A stretch of 64,000 nt of DNA from Deltaproteobacteria bacterium (GTDB lineage Bacteria > Desulfobacterota_D > UBA1144 > Nemesobacterales > UBA2774). Numbering within the stretch: position 1 is the stretch's first letter; each line of letters starts with the position of its first letter. Positions 1 to 11,323 of the stretch are shown piece by piece. The position numbers were made by a program, and so were the translations under genes. The notes below the pieces were generated by a model. It worked only from the letters and a program-made list of their open reading frames with translations, was not told the DNA's origin and made no database searches. The stretch lies in assembly GCA_040223695.1 (NCBI GenBank), contig JAVKFU010000015.1, positions 632,692 to 696,691 of the forward strand, written 5' to 3'.

Positions 1-452
1 CGAATTCAGACCCCAAACCCAAAATCTTCTCCATCGGCCATTCTAACCGCACTTTCGACGAGTTCGTCGGGATTTTGACGCACTACGGTATCGAGACATT
101 AGCCGATATAAGGAGCTATCCGCACTCGGGAAGAAACCCGCATTTTGACAAAGAGCGGCTCGAAAAAGAGCTGCCGCCACTCGGCATCGAGTATATATGG
201 ATAAAAAAACTGGGCGGTATGCGGAAAGAAGGATACGGGGAATATATGAAGACGGACGGTTTCTCGGAAGGTCTCGGGGAACTCGAATCCAAAGCAAAGG
301 GAAAAAAGACCGCGTTTATGTGCTCGGAACTGTCGTGGCGGAACTGCCACAGGAGCTTCGTCGCAAGGGCCCTTCACAGCCGGGGCCGTGAGGTCGTGCA
401 TATTCACAACATAGACGAGGCCGAGATACACTCGGTCCTGCCGGGCTTATAA
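1..452 (+). CDS. DUF488 family protein (5' partial; continues upstream of the window)
   Basis: The reading frame is open from nt 3 and translates to ...IFSIGHSNRTFDEFVGILTHYGIE.... The conserved CSEL...WRNCHR motif is typical of DUF488. The track ORF 75..452 begins at an internal TTG. Confidence 0.7.
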   Translation, partial: NSDPKPKIFSIGHSNRTFDEFVGILTHYGIETLADIRSYPHSGRNPHFDKERLEKELPPLGIEYIWIKKLGGMRKEGYGEYMKTDGFSEGLGELESKAKGKKTAFMCSELSWRNCHRSFVARALHSRGREVVHIHNIDEAEIHSVLPGL

Positions 453-458
453 AACAGC

Positions 459-1046
459 TTATTGAGGGGTATTACCCTTTCCCCTGGGCGGCTCGTATCC
501 GCATACGAAGTTGGCTATGATTTCACTTACCGTGCCCCCGGGAATTGGGTTCCTGTTCGTAGCTATGTTCTCCATATAGACCATCTTGCCGAGGGAGTCA
601 TAGAATTTGGACGACATGTACATGTATGTCTTTTCCTTACAATTGATAGAGGAAGCGATCATCACCTCCCTGTAAAGGAGGCCGTCGGAATCCTTCTGAT
701 CGGCGTCGAACACCAGTTTGCTCCACGACATAACCTCCCCTTCTATAGTGTCGATTGTGGAGGTGTCAATGTAAACTTTATAATCCCTGTCTCCCTCTAC
801 TTCGGTTACCAGGAACCAGGCCTCATCTTCATTAAGCGCAGCGGTTTCAGTGCCCCCCGGGGCGGCCTGTCCATTATCAGCACCCGAGACCGGGGCCCTT
901 TCCGCTCCGGCTTGGGTATTAGAGGCCGGATCAGCGGCAAACTCTCTTCCCGCGCACGAGGCAAGAACCGTGAGCAGTATTAAAGGCACAACCGTCAGCT
1001 GAAATGTTTTCAATAAATAATCGAGCATTACGTGTGATTTTGTCAT
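459..1046 (-). CDS. hypothetical lipoprotein (signal peptide + LASC lipobox)
   Basis: N-terminal hydrophobic segment followed by ...LTVLASCAG. No recognisable catalytic motif. Confidence 0.45.
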   Translation of the reverse strand: MTKSHVMLDYLLKTFQLTVVPLILLTVLASCAGREFAADPASNTQAGAERAPVSGADNGQAAPGGTETAALNEDEAWFLVTEVEGDRDYKVYIDTSTIDTIEGEVMSWSKLVFDADQKDSDGLLYREVMIASSINCKEKTYMYMSSKFYDSLGKMVYMENIATNRNPIPGGTVSEIIANFVCGYEPPRGKGNTPQ

Positions 1047-1154
1047 GGTTAATTACTCTCAATTTATACGCAACCGCACCGGCAGATAAGGGAAATCCGC
1101 AAACCCGCAGGCCGGATAAGCTCTTAAATGTTCAGGATTTTAGTATATAAAAAG

Positions 1155-1763
1155 TTACTCTTGTTTATCCGCGCTGCTTTTTTCGGTATCGGCGCTTTTA
1201 GCTTCACCCGATTCTTCGGTTTTAGGGTCCGGCTGCCGCTTCATCTTTTGTGACCTTAATTTCATAATTTGCTTTCTTCTTAACTGGATTAAATCCTGCT
1301 CATGTTGTTCTATAGATTTATTTACCTGCTCGTACATCTCCTTACCCAACGCGTCGCGAACAATAACGAGGGCGTCAACGAAATTATTCGAAGCCTTATT
1401 ATTAATTGCGTTTGCTTCCTTAATTTCCTTCTTCAATTCTTCAGGGTCAAAGGAAGGGTCCTCTATCTTTTTCATTATCTGAAAATGCAATTTTTTTAAT
1501 TCATTCTCTTCATTACTCAAACTGACCACGTATTTTTTCCGTACTTCTGAAAGCTTTTGCTTTTGTGCATCAGTTATTCCCATACTATCGGCAGTGGAAA
1601 TTATATCACCAAGCATTTTGCTGTACTTCCCGGCCATAGGGGTTATAACCCTTTTGCCTAATCTCATTCTGTTATCAGGATCCCGGGACTTCCTCCCCTG
1701 CTCGGCGAAGCACAAGCCAAATGAGAGCATAAAAATTAAAGCGGATATCAGTGCTAATTTCAT
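1155..1763 (-). CDS. periplasmic Spy/CpxP-like (LTXXQ-motif) protein
   Basis: Signal peptide, helical and K/E-rich sequence. The ITDAQKQKL and MYEQVNKSIEQ segments resemble LTXXQ repeats of the Spy/CpxP family. Confidence 0.4.
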   Translation of the reverse strand: MKLALISALIFMLSFGLCFAEQGRKSRDPDNRMRLGKRVITPMAGKYSKMLGDIISTADSMGITDAQKQKLSEVRKKYVVSLSNEENELKKLHFQIMKKIEDPSFDPEELKKEIKEANAINNKASNNFVDALVIVRDALGKEMYEQVNKSIEQHEQDLIQLRRKQIMKLRSQKMKRQPDPKTEESGEAKSADTEKSSADKQE

Positions 1764-1798
1764 CTATATACCTCCAATGTATTCAATGACGGAATAGT

Positions 1799-2134
1799 TT
1801 AACCAATATTTTTCTGTTTTTCGTCAGAAATTTTATTAATCCCGTAACGGGAGAGCCATGCCTTCAGCACTTCCAGCATATAGTTCTTTTCAGCACTGGT
1901 AAGCTCGTGGTCTTCCGCTTCGATCCCATGCCACTTAAAGAGGCATTTCCTGCAGCATGTGGCGGTCGCGTGCTGCGCGATAAACACGGGATGGTTCCGC
2001 ATGGGTGTCTGCCTTCCGTCGTTCGGAGGATTACGAGGGGCAAGCCTTTCAAGCATTGAACAGATGTGTCTTAAGCCACAATAACAGGTGTAGTATATTC
2101 TACAATTGCCTGCTAATTCTATATTGACAATCAA
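1799..2134 (-). CDS. DUF4186-like small Cys-rich protein
   Basis: The ATCCRKCLFKWHGI motif resembles DUF4186. About 110 aa. Confidence 0.4.
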   Translation of the reverse strand: MIVNIELAGNCRIYYTCYCGLRHICSMLERLAPRNPPNDGRQTPMRNHPVFIAQHATATCCRKCLFKWHGIEAEDHELTSAEKNYMLEVLKAWLSRYGINKISDEKQKNIG

Positions 2135-2267
2135 GCCCCAAACCTATAACCCGCTGAAAATATTAAGTTTCCTGAATATTTATATACTTGGCATGGCTTT
2201 TGCACTTATATACAATATACAAGCATCTATGAAGTTTTGATTTGTTACAGGAGGGGAAAGCAAAGAA

Positions 2268-2816
2268 ATGTATAAATTGAAGAGAAAACAGATAAAAGAG
2301 GTTATTGTTATAGGGGTACTTTTTGGTTTGGTTATCCTTCTATCCGCATTTATGACTTCCTGTACTCAGGATGAAAACAGGGAGGATGAAGTAGTCGAAG
2401 TCGAGAATGAAAATGTAGACACCACTACCGAAGATGAAGAAGCCGTTGAATCCTTACAAAATGAAGTAGAAGAAGCAGAAACAGATAATGATAAAGACCC
2501 CGCTAAAGCCAGTCCCGCCGAGGGCAAAGAAATATTTGCACAGAATTGTACGCCGTGTCACGGTCAGGATGGAACAGGGGAAGGTCCCACGGCAGCTGCG
2601 CTTGATCCCAAGCCCAGGGATTTAACGGATGCGTCATACGTGTCCACACTGAGTAATGAGCATCTGTTTAAAGTAATTAGCGGCGGGGGATTGGCGGTCG
2701 GTAAATCCGCTGCAATGCCTGCATGGTCAAACAGTTTGTCGGATGATGACATACAGGATGTCATTTCTTACATAAGAAAGGATCTATGCAACTGTGAGTT
2801 TGAATCTACAAACTAA
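2268..2816 (+). CDS. c-type cytochrome (class I, lipoprotein-anchored)
   Basis: Single CTPCHG haem-binding motif. A Met-containing AAMPAW segment lies downstream. N-terminal signal with Cys lipobox, then an acidic linker. Confidence 0.8.
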   Translation: MYKLKRKQIKEVIVIGVLFGLVILLSAFMTSCTQDENREDEVVEVENENVDTTTEDEEAVESLQNEVEEAETDNDKDPAKASPAEGKEIFAQNCTPCHGQDGTGEGPTAAALDPKPRDLTDASYVSTLSNEHLFKVISGGGLAVGKSAAMPAWSNSLSDDDIQDVISYIRKDLCNCEFESTN

Positions 2817-3132
2817 TATCCGGAGGATTCTTCCGGTTTTAATCGGGAAATAGCTGGAAAATTTGCTCTATAACTATCCACACACCTTTCCTGTAGCGGG
2901 AATAGATCAAGTCCTGAATGATTTTTACATTCCAACCCAGGAATCATTACTCTTTATTTTTTCTTATTCAACTAATTTATGATCAATTGACATTGGACCG
3001 TATGTGCACTAATAATTATTAATGATGACGGGCAATTGTTGGTCGAGAATCGGATATTACCTCGGTAGCAGGGAATATTATGCTGGGATGACTATAAGTC
3101 ACAGTCTTTTTTAAGAAACCAAGAGGCGCATT

Positions 3133-5181
3133 TTGCCAATAAAGCCGATAAAAATGAGGAATGAGGAAAAATCCTATCTGATAGACATGGATGAACTATT
3201 CCGTACGATTTTTGAAAGAGCGGCGATTGGAATAGCTCTGGTAGATCTTGATGGACGTCCGATTACGATTAACCCAGCCCTCCAAGAAATGCTCGGCTAT
3301 ACCAAAAATGAAATAAGCAAAATGGTTTTTACCGAGTTTACTCACCCCGAAGACGCGGCTAAAGATTGGGAATTGTACCAAAGACTTGTATCCGGGGAAA
3401 TAGATCATTATCGAATGGAAAAGCGATATTATCGCAAAAACGGTGAAATTGTACACGGGTTGTTAAATGTATCGCTAGTAAAAGCTGCGAAAGATGATTC
3501 GAACTATATTCTGGCTACGGTAGACAATATTACAGACCGAAATGAAGCGGAGTCAGACATAGCCCTGCTTAATCAACTTATGCAAGCGGTGCATAATTTT
3601 CTCGACCTAGAAGAACTTTATAATGTTGCGTTGGACAATATTAAGTCCATGGATAGTGTAGACATGGCTATAATTTATTTGGTAGACGAAGAAACCAATG
3701 AAGCGGTAATGCAGGCGCAAAGAAATTTCCCCGAGACATTCTTAAAAAGGGCATCGAGGATACCTCATCCGAAGGGAATAACCTGGAAAGTAATAAACAG
3801 AGGGGAAATCATCAATATCGAAGACGCGCAGAAGGATCCGGATATCGGACCCGCGGGCAGAGAGCTTGGACATCATAGCATATTGGGAATACCGATATCT
3901 TCAAAAGAAAAGACAATAGGCGTAATATGGTTTCTCAGCTACAGGGAAAGAAAGTTTAACAAGAGAGAAGTACGGGTGCTTTCCGCTTTTGGTTATGAAA
4001 TTGGTATCGCCATTGCAAAGGCAAAAATGATTCAAGAATTAAAACTCAAGCAGGAGCAGCTTATACAATCTGAAAAGCTGGCATCAATGGGACAGATGAT
4101 ATCCAGCATTGCTCATGAAATTAACAATCCGCTCACCCCCATTATCGGTTATTCACAGAAACTTTTGACGAGAACCGATCTGGATCAAAAGCTCAAAGGA
4201 TCTTTGGAAATAATGCACGACTCAGCACAAAGGGTCTATAAAATAATCGACAAACTATTGTCATTCTCAAGAAAATATGCTCCTGCCAGAGAGCCGGTAG
4301 ATATCAACAGCCTGGTGGAAGAGTCGCTTGAGTTCAGAGCGTACCAGCTAAATCTGGCGAATATAGAAGTCGTTAAAGATTTAAAACCCGATATCCCTAA
4401 AGTAACGGCGTCCCCCAATCAGATTCAGCAAGTACTTACAAACATGATTATAAATGCCGAGCAGTCTATTTCTTCATCTAAAAATCATGGCCGTCTGCAA
4501 GTTAAAACAAAAATTAAAAACAAGAAATGGATAGAAGTATTTATTGCAGATGATGGTCCGGGAATTCCAAAAAAAATAGCAGGAAAGATATTCGATCCAT
4601 TCTTCACCACTAAGGACCCGGGAAAAGGAACAGGTCTGGGCCTCTATGTCGCCTATGGGATTATAAAAGATCATGGCGGTAATATTGAGCTTCTAAAAAA
4701 CGGCAAAAAGGGAGCTAAATTTGTAATTGAGTTCCCTATAGAGGATTCGATTATGAAACCAAAAATAAATCCTGAAGAGCAATCGGGTAATAACTTAAAT
4801 ACGATTAAAAAGAAACGAGTGCTCATTGTAGAAGACGAAGATATGATAACAGAACTAATTAAGGTAGTCCTCGAACAAGAAGACAATACAGTGGAAATTG
4901 CCAAAAATGGAAGAGAAGCGCTAGAGAAAATAAGAACAACACATTATGATGTGATTGTGTCCGATGTAAAAATGCCGGAAATCAATGGAATACAATTCTA
5001 CGATGAAATCAGAGAAAACAACCCCGGGCTTATCAGGAATATTTTATTTATAACTGGTGATCCGAGCTTTGAAACAATGGAATTTCTAAATCAAATAGAT
5101 AACCCTTTCTTGGTCAAGCCATTTAAAATCGAGAAGTTTATGTCCTGTATCAGTGAGCTTATGGCACATGAAAATCTCTAG
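3133..5181 (+). CDS. hybrid sensor histidine kinase/response regulator (PAS-GAF-HisKA-HATPase-REC)
   Basis: The H-box is [11 protein letters not shown]. ATPase G1/G2 boxes are DDGPGIP and GTGLGL. The C-terminal receiver carries [10 protein letters not shown]...[18 protein letters not shown] and GAF-like regions lie at the N-terminus. Confidence 0.9.
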   Translation: MPIKPIKMRNEEKSYLIDMDELFRTIFERAAIGIALVDLDGRPITINPALQEMLGYTKNEISKMVFTEFTHPEDAAKDWELYQRLVSGEIDHYRMEKRYYRKNGEIVHGLLNVSLVKAAKDDSNYILATVDNITDRNEAESDIALLNQLMQAVHNFLDLEELYNVALDNIKSMDSVDMAIIYLVDEETNEAVMQAQRNFPETFLKRASRIPHPKGITWKVINRGEIINIEDAQKDPDIGPAGRELGHHSILGIPISSKEKTIGVIWFLSYRERKFNKREVRVLSAFGYEIGIAIAKAKMIQELKLKQEQLIQSEKLASMGQMISSIAHEINNPLTPIIGYSQKLLTRTDLDQKLKGSLEIMHDSAQRVYKIIDKLLSFSRKYAPAREPVDINSLVEESLEFRAYQLNLANIEVVKDLKPDIPKVTASPNQIQQVLTNMIINAEQSISSSKNHGRLQVKTKIKNKKWIEVFIADDGPGIPKKIAGKIFDPFFTTKDPGKGTGLGLYVAYGIIKDHGGNIELLKNGKKGAKFVIEFPIEDSIMKPKINPEEQSGNNLNTIKKKRVLIVEDEDMITELIKVVLEQEDNTVEIAKNGREALEKIRTTHYDVIVSDVKMPEINGIQFYDEIRENNPGLIRNILFITGDPSFETMEFLNQIDNPFLVKPFKIEKFMSCISELMAHENL

Positions 5182-5294
5182 TCCAGGGAGCTTACAGTTC
5201 TTCTGGACAAGTGAAAATGTGATTGAGCCTCTTATCATTCCTCACCTGCTTTATCGTAATTCCAACTCCCTCGTTAGAGAACCGCTAGCTTGTC

Positions 5295-5714
5295 TCAAGC
5301 CGTGCTCAGAAGATCGCAGTACGTATCGAAAGCGGAGATGGTGCTTTCCACAGCCTTTCTATGATATCTCTGAAGATCCCTGGTGAGCTTCTCGACTTTC
5401 CTCTTATTAATCTCCAGGAGCTCCCTGTTAAACTCACCTACATTTCCAATATGCTCCGCATACGGGCTCAGGCGATGCTCAAACGGCTTTATCATAGGCT
5501 TTATTTCCAGAGTGTTCTGAAGAAAATCGAGAAACCCGAGCTGCATGGAAAGCATGAGCTCCAGCTGCATATCAATGGCTTTGAGCGACTCTTCCATTAA
5601 AGACTTATTAAAAGCGATCCATCCCTGATAATTTTCTTTCGCACTCTCGGCCTGTTTCCTGACGCTTCCTTCCACATCGACGACTTTAAGTCTTTTTTGT
5701 CCTTTTTTAACCAT
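5295..5714 (-). CDS. hypothetical protein (possibly phasin-like)
   Basis: Start assigned at MVKKGQ (GGAGG lies 5 nt upstream), not at the longer track start 5774. Helical and K/E-rich. The phasin resemblance is weak. Confidence 0.35.
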   Translation of the reverse strand: MVKKGQKRLKVVDVEGSVRKQAESAKENYQGWIAFNKSLMEESLKAIDMQLELMLSMQLGFLDFLQNTLEIKPMIKPFEHRLSPYAEHIGNVGEFNRELLEINKRKVEKLTRDLQRYHRKAVESTISAFDTYCDLLSTA

Positions 5715-6037
5715 TTCTTGCCTCCCCGGTATTAATTTTATACATATTAATTGTGCATAATTCGTGCCGTACATACTATATATGCTTAACTAAGCGTTTT
5801 AGGGTGGTTACACGGTCCGCGAAATACCGGCACGCTGTACTGTGTCAGAAAATCTTACGCGTGTATCAGCCCTTACCGCTTAGCTTTTTTTATTTTCCGG
5901 CATACTGAACTTACCCAATGCTTCCTGGCTTCGGCCCCGGTGCTTTGCTCCGGAGCGGGGCCTTTCCTACCTGGTCTTCGGATATCACTTCCCAAAAAAT
6001 CAGCGGCAGATCAGATGTATCTCAACAGGAGTGCTTT

Positions 6038-6406
6038 TTAGACAATTTCTTCAAGATTGAGGACTTCTAGGAGCTTCAAGCGAAGTTCATAGGCTTCTCT
6101 CGCGCGGCTCTGGGGGAATTTTTCAATGGGGAACTTGGCTATCGCTTCTCTGAGAGCGTCCAGGCTGTGGTCAGACGCTGTGGATACTACGCGCAGGAAT
6201 GTCGGATGTATCTCGGCTTCGATATCAATATAGTCTATATAATGGTGAACAGGGGGCGTGCACATAGCGGTCACCGGACTGCAAAGGATGTCCTTGCCTC
6301 TTATATCCGTAGGTTCCGCGTTCGGCGTGGGCTGGTGGAGATACCACTCTACTTTATCTTTATGTTTAACGAACTCCTCTATGAACCCATCTACAGAGTT
6401 GATCAT
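6038..6406 (-). CDS. hypothetical protein
   Basis: 122-aa ORF with no recognisable motif. Confidence 0.4.
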   Translation of the reverse strand: MINSVDGFIEEFVKHKDKVEWYLHQPTPNAEPTDIRGKDILCSPVTAMCTPPVHHYIDYIDIEAEIHPTFLRVVSTASDHSLDALREAIAKFPIEKFPQSRAREAYELRLKLLEVLNLEEIV

Positions 6407-7177
6407 TTAACCGTCCCGAAACCAGTTAATGCTTTCTTCAATTTCAATGTGAAGACCCAGTACTTTTATTATGCTTGTTTGGTGTCGTAAATGCAAATAC
6501 GGTGGGCTGAGTTAACCTGACCAGATAAGGCAGAATTTTGGGGAAGATAGCGAAAAAGTAGTTGCTCCATTGTTTTTTAAGACTGGATTGCCGCGGTCGC
6601 ATAATTCGCTCTCTCGCAATGACGGTATTGGGGTTAGGCGGAGGAATAAAGAAGAAGGGATCGCCCTTCGATTGGACTCAGGACGAGCGGGTTTTTAAAT
6701 GCTCATAATTGGTAAATCCCCCTTAATTTGGCTTTAAATATTCGGTGCCGGGAGTCGATCAACGCATGTGCTATTAGCCAAGGGCATCCTGTTCCTCCGA
6801 TTTGTCGGAACCGTTCCCCTTTTTCTAAGGGGGTATTTATGATCTTCTCGGCGATTACTCCTGAAACAGCTCGTCGTCAGGGTATATAGGCGCGGGGACT
6901 TTGTTTTTTACAGGCCCGATAGCCTGAAGGTAGAGAAATATGGAACGTATCTCTTCATGGCTCAGCTGTGACTGAACGTTTTCAGGCTTGAGCGGGAAGA
7001 GCGCCCTCCCCTGCCTGCCCGTATAGTCCTGCTCATTGTGCAGAAAAGGCTTCTCCATGCCCGGTCATTCGTTTTTTAACCAGCAATATGGGCCGGTTTC
7101 CCCATTTATAAATTTTGAATATATAATTTCATATCAATCAGCTTTTTATCAACTACACCTTAGAAGGAGGAGAATCG

Positions 7178-9073
7178 ATGTTCAATCTCACATCTTTAGA
7201 CGTGCGCAAAAAGTTTATTTTAGCGCTCGTTGTACTGGCTTCACTATTCAGCGGCGCTGCTCTAACCTATGCACAGGATGCGGCGGGTCTGTTTGTAAGC
7301 AGCTTCGGCAACAACAGGGTAAACGAGTATAACGCGACCACCGGGAACTTCGTCGATATATTCGCCGAGGGAATCGTTAGCGGACTCGACGGTCCCTGGG
7401 GTATTGCATTCGGCCCTGACGGCAACCTGTATGTAAGCAGCTTCGCCACCGATGAGGTAATCCGGTATGACGGGGAAACGGGAGTTATGATTGACATATT
7501 CGTATCCCAGGGCTCGGGCGGACTGGACCAGCCCTTTACTCTCGTATTCGGTCCCGACGGCAACCTGTACGTCGTTAGCACCGGCACAGGACAGGTACTG
7601 AGCTACGACGGGGAAACCGGCGCTTTTCTGGATGTATTCGTAAACTCCGGAAGCGGGGGCCTTGACAACCCTTACGGTATAGTATTCGGTCCCGACGGCA
7701 ACGCTTACGTGACGAGTGCCATCTCAGACAGCGTGATACGCTATGACGGAGAAACCGGCGTTTTTATTGATGTTTTCGTTCCTGCCGGAAGCGGAGGGCT
7801 GGCTCTACCGAGCGGCCTCACGTTCGGTCCCGACGGGAATCTGTATGTTAACTCGCGGGGCGATAATTCAGTGCTCAGTTATGACGGAGAAACCGGCGTT
7901 TTTATCGATGTTTTCGTTCCTGCCGGGAGCGGAGGGCTAGATTCCGCCGAGAGCAACGCTTTCGGCCCCGACGGGAACCTCTATGTAAGCAGCCGGGGAA
8001 ATGATTCCGTGCTCCGGTACGACGGGGAAACGGGCGCGTTCCTGGACGCTTTCGTTCCGGAAAGCTCAGGCGGCCTCGACGACCCCTTCGGATTTGTTTT
8101 CGGACCCGATGAGGATCTCTATGTGACCAGTTTCGGAAGAGACCAGGTGCTTAAATATGACGGGGAAACGGGAGCTTTTATCGAAATTTTCGTTTCTCAA
8201 ACGAACATTGGTCTCGACCAGCCCGAGGGTCTCGTATTCGGTCCTGACGGGAACCTCTACGTAAGCAGCCGGGGCAGAGACGAGATACTCCGTTTTAACG
8301 GAAACACAGGTGCGCTGATAGACGAGTTCGTCCCTCCGGGGAGCGGCGGACTGGATAACCCGCGCTCGCTGGTTTTCGGTCCCGACGACAACCTGTACGT
8401 TGCCAGCTCCGGGAGCAATGAGATACTACGCTACGACGGCGTGACAGGAGCGTTTATCGACGCATTCGTAACCACAGGGAATGGCGGATTGGAAGACCCG
8501 TTCGGTCTCATATTCGGTTCGGACGGCAATTTATATGTAGCGAGCCGCGGGACAGACGAAGTATTAAGGTATAGCGGCCTGACGGGGGCGTTTATAGACG
8601 CTTTCGTTCCTGCTGGCAGCGGCGGGCTGGAGCGCTCCTGGGGACTTGATTTCGGACCCGATGGAGACCTTTACGTAACAAGCGTCGGCACCAATGAGGT
8701 GCTCCGGTATGACGGAGTGACGGGGGCGTTTATAGATGTATTCATAACCGCTGGCAGCGGCGGATTGAGTGGCGCTTTCTGCCTGCTGTTTAACCCCGAC
8801 GGCGACCTACTTGTATGCAGTTTCTTCACCAATGAGGTGCTGCTCTATAATGGCCAAACCGGGGCGTTTATTGACGCTTTCGTTAGTGCGGGCAGCGGCG
8901 GGCTGAACGGTCCGACCGGCATTGTCTTCAGAATAATCTCAAGCAACGGCAGCAGCGGCTGTTCCATTGCAGAGGCCGGAACGAAGGCATCATTTCCGCT
9001 CGTTCTTCTACTGGCTCCGATTTTATTCCTGATGTCGAGAAGGCTTATGCGTGTTAGCAGAAAAACTGTTTAA
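7178..9073 (+). CDS. NHL/SMP-30-like beta-propeller repeat protein, secreted, with C-terminal sorting-signal-like tail
   Basis: RBS aggagg lies upstream of the start. A signal peptide is present. About 13 tandem 43-aa repeats follow the pattern GPDGNLYVSS...VLRYDGETGAFIDVFV. The tail SSGCS...FPLVLLLAPILFLMSRRLMRVSRK ends the protein. Confidence 0.8.
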   Translation: MFNLTSLDVRKKFILALVVLASLFSGAALTYAQDAAGLFVSSFGNNRVNEYNATTGNFVDIFAEGIVSGLDGPWGIAFGPDGNLYVSSFATDEVIRYDGETGVMIDIFVSQGSGGLDQPFTLVFGPDGNLYVVSTGTGQVLSYDGETGAFLDVFVNSGSGGLDNPYGIVFGPDGNAYVTSAISDSVIRYDGETGVFIDVFVPAGSGGLALPSGLTFGPDGNLYVNSRGDNSVLSYDGETGVFIDVFVPAGSGGLDSAESNAFGPDGNLYVSSRGNDSVLRYDGETGAFLDAFVPESSGGLDDPFGFVFGPDEDLYVTSFGRDQVLKYDGETGAFIEIFVSQTNIGLDQPEGLVFGPDGNLYVSSRGRDEILRFNGNTGALIDEFVPPGSGGLDNPRSLVFGPDDNLYVASSGSNEILRYDGVTGAFIDAFVTTGNGGLEDPFGLIFGSDGNLYVASRGTDEVLRYSGLTGAFIDAFVPAGSGGLERSWGLDFGPDGDLYVTSVGTNEVLRYDGVTGAFIDVFITAGSGGLSGAFCLLFNPDGDLLVCSFFTNEVLLYNGQTGAFIDAFVSAGSGGLNGPTGIVFRIISSNGSSGCSIAEAGTKASFPLVLLLAPILFLMSRRLMRVSRKTV

Positions 9074-9474
9074 ATAATAACTATGGAGAGAGCTGGGGGC
9101 ATAGTAAGCCCCCTTCCTCTCTCCGCTTTTATACCAACCGTTTCAATCAATGACGGGTCGGAGTTTGTCCTGAGTTTATTATCGGGGTGAAAATGACATC
9201 CTTCGACCGGGGTCAGGATGAAGGGATTTGCGGGATTGCCGCAGCCATAAAAGAAGCCGCGCAATTACAGCTTTCACTCGTCATTGAGAGCAACGGGGGC
9301 TACCCCCCTCATTCCACTCACGTGCATGTACCTTGCATGGTCATGTCCCTTAATTTTATTATAGCAAAATAGTGAGATTATAGAGCTTAAAATAAAAAAC
9401 TTGAGAAAAAGGGTTAACAAGTTTAATATAATGCATTATAATTAGATTGATTTTCTCTTAAAGGAGGATGTACC

Positions 9475-10044
9475 ATGACGCGCCTTTTCCCTGCGGTTAC
9501 GGCACTCTTGCTAATATTTTCAGCATATGCGCCCGGGGCGCAAGCCCAGAATCCGGAGGGAGTAGGCGTCGTTGTGGATATACACTGGCCCTCCCAGCCG
9601 AACCACCTCCGCTATAACGTCGGGAACGGGGATGTAGTTACCGGGCGCTACGGTTATTACAGGCCGCCCGGTTATTATAATCTCCCGATTACGCACAGCG
9701 ACAACAACGTGCTTATCATAACCAAACCCATAAGCAAAGCGCGCACTTATATAATGTTCGAGGGTGTCAATATAGACCCCGAACTATTGAAGAAAAAGCT
9801 CGGCAGGCTCGAAGGGGTGATAATGGATGTGGGCACGGATGAATGGGCGCTGCAACTGGGAGACCAGGTACATATTACTACAGAGGACTTTTACGGGGCT
9901 ACGAAAGTAAACCTTACTTTCATACGGTGCGGCAGGTGGGAGCCGATTGCCGAATTTTCTTTCGTAAACCACCTAATACCGCCGCATACTCAACCCTCGG
10001 CTGAGGCGGCGCCTTATATTCCGTATATCTCGCAGATTGAGTGA
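9475..10044 (+). CDS. hypothetical secreted protein
   Basis: Cleavable signal peptide ending in AYAPGAQAQ. RBS aaaggagg lies upstream. Confidence 0.5.
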   Translation: MTRLFPAVTALLLIFSAYAPGAQAQNPEGVGVVVDIHWPSQPNHLRYNVGNGDVVTGRYGYYRPPGYYNLPITHSDNNVLIITKPISKARTYIMFEGVNIDPELLKKKLGRLEGVIMDVGTDEWALQLGDQVHITTEDFYGATKVNLTFIRCGRWEPIAEFSFVNHLIPPHTQPSAEAAPYIPYISQIE

Positions 10045-10199
10045 CTCTCACGAACATACTTTTTAAGCATACGCTTACTTCTAAGCTGGAATTTTGAAGA
10101 TTAGTTATAAAGGACCGCGGAGGTTACCCCCTACGTTATATTCGGAAGTAATCCCCCGCGGATTATTTTCTAATGTCTAAAGACCGTTACCGGACGAGC

Positions 10200-10700
10200 T
10201 TACTGTAAGACGCTTTCCGGCGGGGCCTCGGATTCGGCCGGCTCGTAATAAGGCGACTGCGGCTGCTGCAGAAGAATATTATCCGTCGGAAGGTCTTCCG
10301 CCGTATAGACTATATCCGCAACATCCGGCGGAACGCCCATTTCACCGTAGGAGACGAGCTTGCCGTCCCTTATCTCGGCTCTTATAGCGTATCCGCTTGT
10401 AAGCGCCTTCTCCTGAGCGTCCGTTACCTTGATTTCGTGCTCGATTCCGCTATCCACCTCGACGAGCCTGATCATGTCATCGCCGACTAGTGTAACGATG
10501 CCCGTAACACTGCCAGATGATTCGACATGCCCCGGCATAGCTTGCGGCTCGTGCATCCTAGAGTCGCTATTCTCCGCCGGCGCTTCCATCGCCTCATCGA
10601 AGCTCGGCTGTTCATAAGAACCCTTTTCCTCGGCATAGCCTGCGGAAGCGAGTCCCGTAACAGCTAAAAGCATTAATGTCGTCGTCAGTATCTTTTTCAT
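10200..10700 (-). CDS. hypothetical secreted protein
   Basis: Signal peptide, acidic sequence. RBS aggagg lies upstream on the minus strand. Confidence 0.5.
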   Translation of the reverse strand: MKKILTTTLMLLAVTGLASAGYAEEKGSYEQPSFDEAMEAPAENSDSRMHEPQAMPGHVESSGSVTGIVTLVGDDMIRLVEVDSGIEHEIKVTDAQEKALTSGYAIRAEIRDGKLVSYGEMGVPPDVADIVYTAEDLPTDNILLQQPQSPYYEPAESEAPPESVLQ

Positions 10701-11323
10701 TTTTACTACCTCCTGTACATAAAATTTTTACCGACTTTCGGATATACATAATTGCAACCGGCATGCCAGAACCGGGCATGAGGATAAAATACAGTTATAA
10801 TAGAGAGTTACGGCTCTCCGGGCTCTCGCAATAGTTTTGAACAGGTTGACTATTGTATCGTTAAATACAGTGAGGAGTGTATGAAAAAACACAATATATT
10901 GAAAAAGGAGGGAACGCGAGACGAAAGATGAGATTGCCGCAGGGAGTATATCCTGAGTTTATCGAAGGAATCGCAAAAATAAAAAAAGGCAAAGACCGGA
11001 TTTCTCATGTATATTCGAAATGATAGGGCGGGTGAAGACAAACATTCATGCCCCCCATCCTAATCCCCAGCTGCAGAGGGGAAGGTTAGGATGGGGGGGC
11101 ACGGAAGGCGGAGTGGGGGAAATAGGGGCGTCCTTCGATTGGACTCAGGACGAGGGGCAGATAACCTGTACTCGTATTCGGGAGTAAGCGAACTGAAGAC
11201 GGTGATTGGTCAGGCCGGGGAAATAGGAAGAAATCGTATATGAGCACAGATTCTGCGCAGAATTCGTATGCCGGCGGGTGCTTACCTGCTAAAGCCGATG
11301 CGGATGCTGGAATGCTGTAAATC

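Noticed and set aside
7036-7332. ORF 7036..7332 (+)
   Set aside because: It overlaps the RBS and start of the NHL-repeat gene in another frame. Arg/Cys-rich junk translation.
7743-7940. ORF 7743..7940 (+) with an internally duplicated peptide
   Set aside because: It lies out of frame inside the NHL-repeat gene. Its self-similarity only reflects the tandem DNA duplication of the host gene.
9187-9372. Track ORFs 9187..9372, 49763..49969 and 60948..61229 sharing the peptide MTSFD(W/R)(A/G/T)QDE
   Set aside because: The shared peptide is simply the translation of the palindromic repeat unit catccttcgactgggctcaggatga. These are repeat-derived pseudo-ORFs, not a conserved small-protein family.
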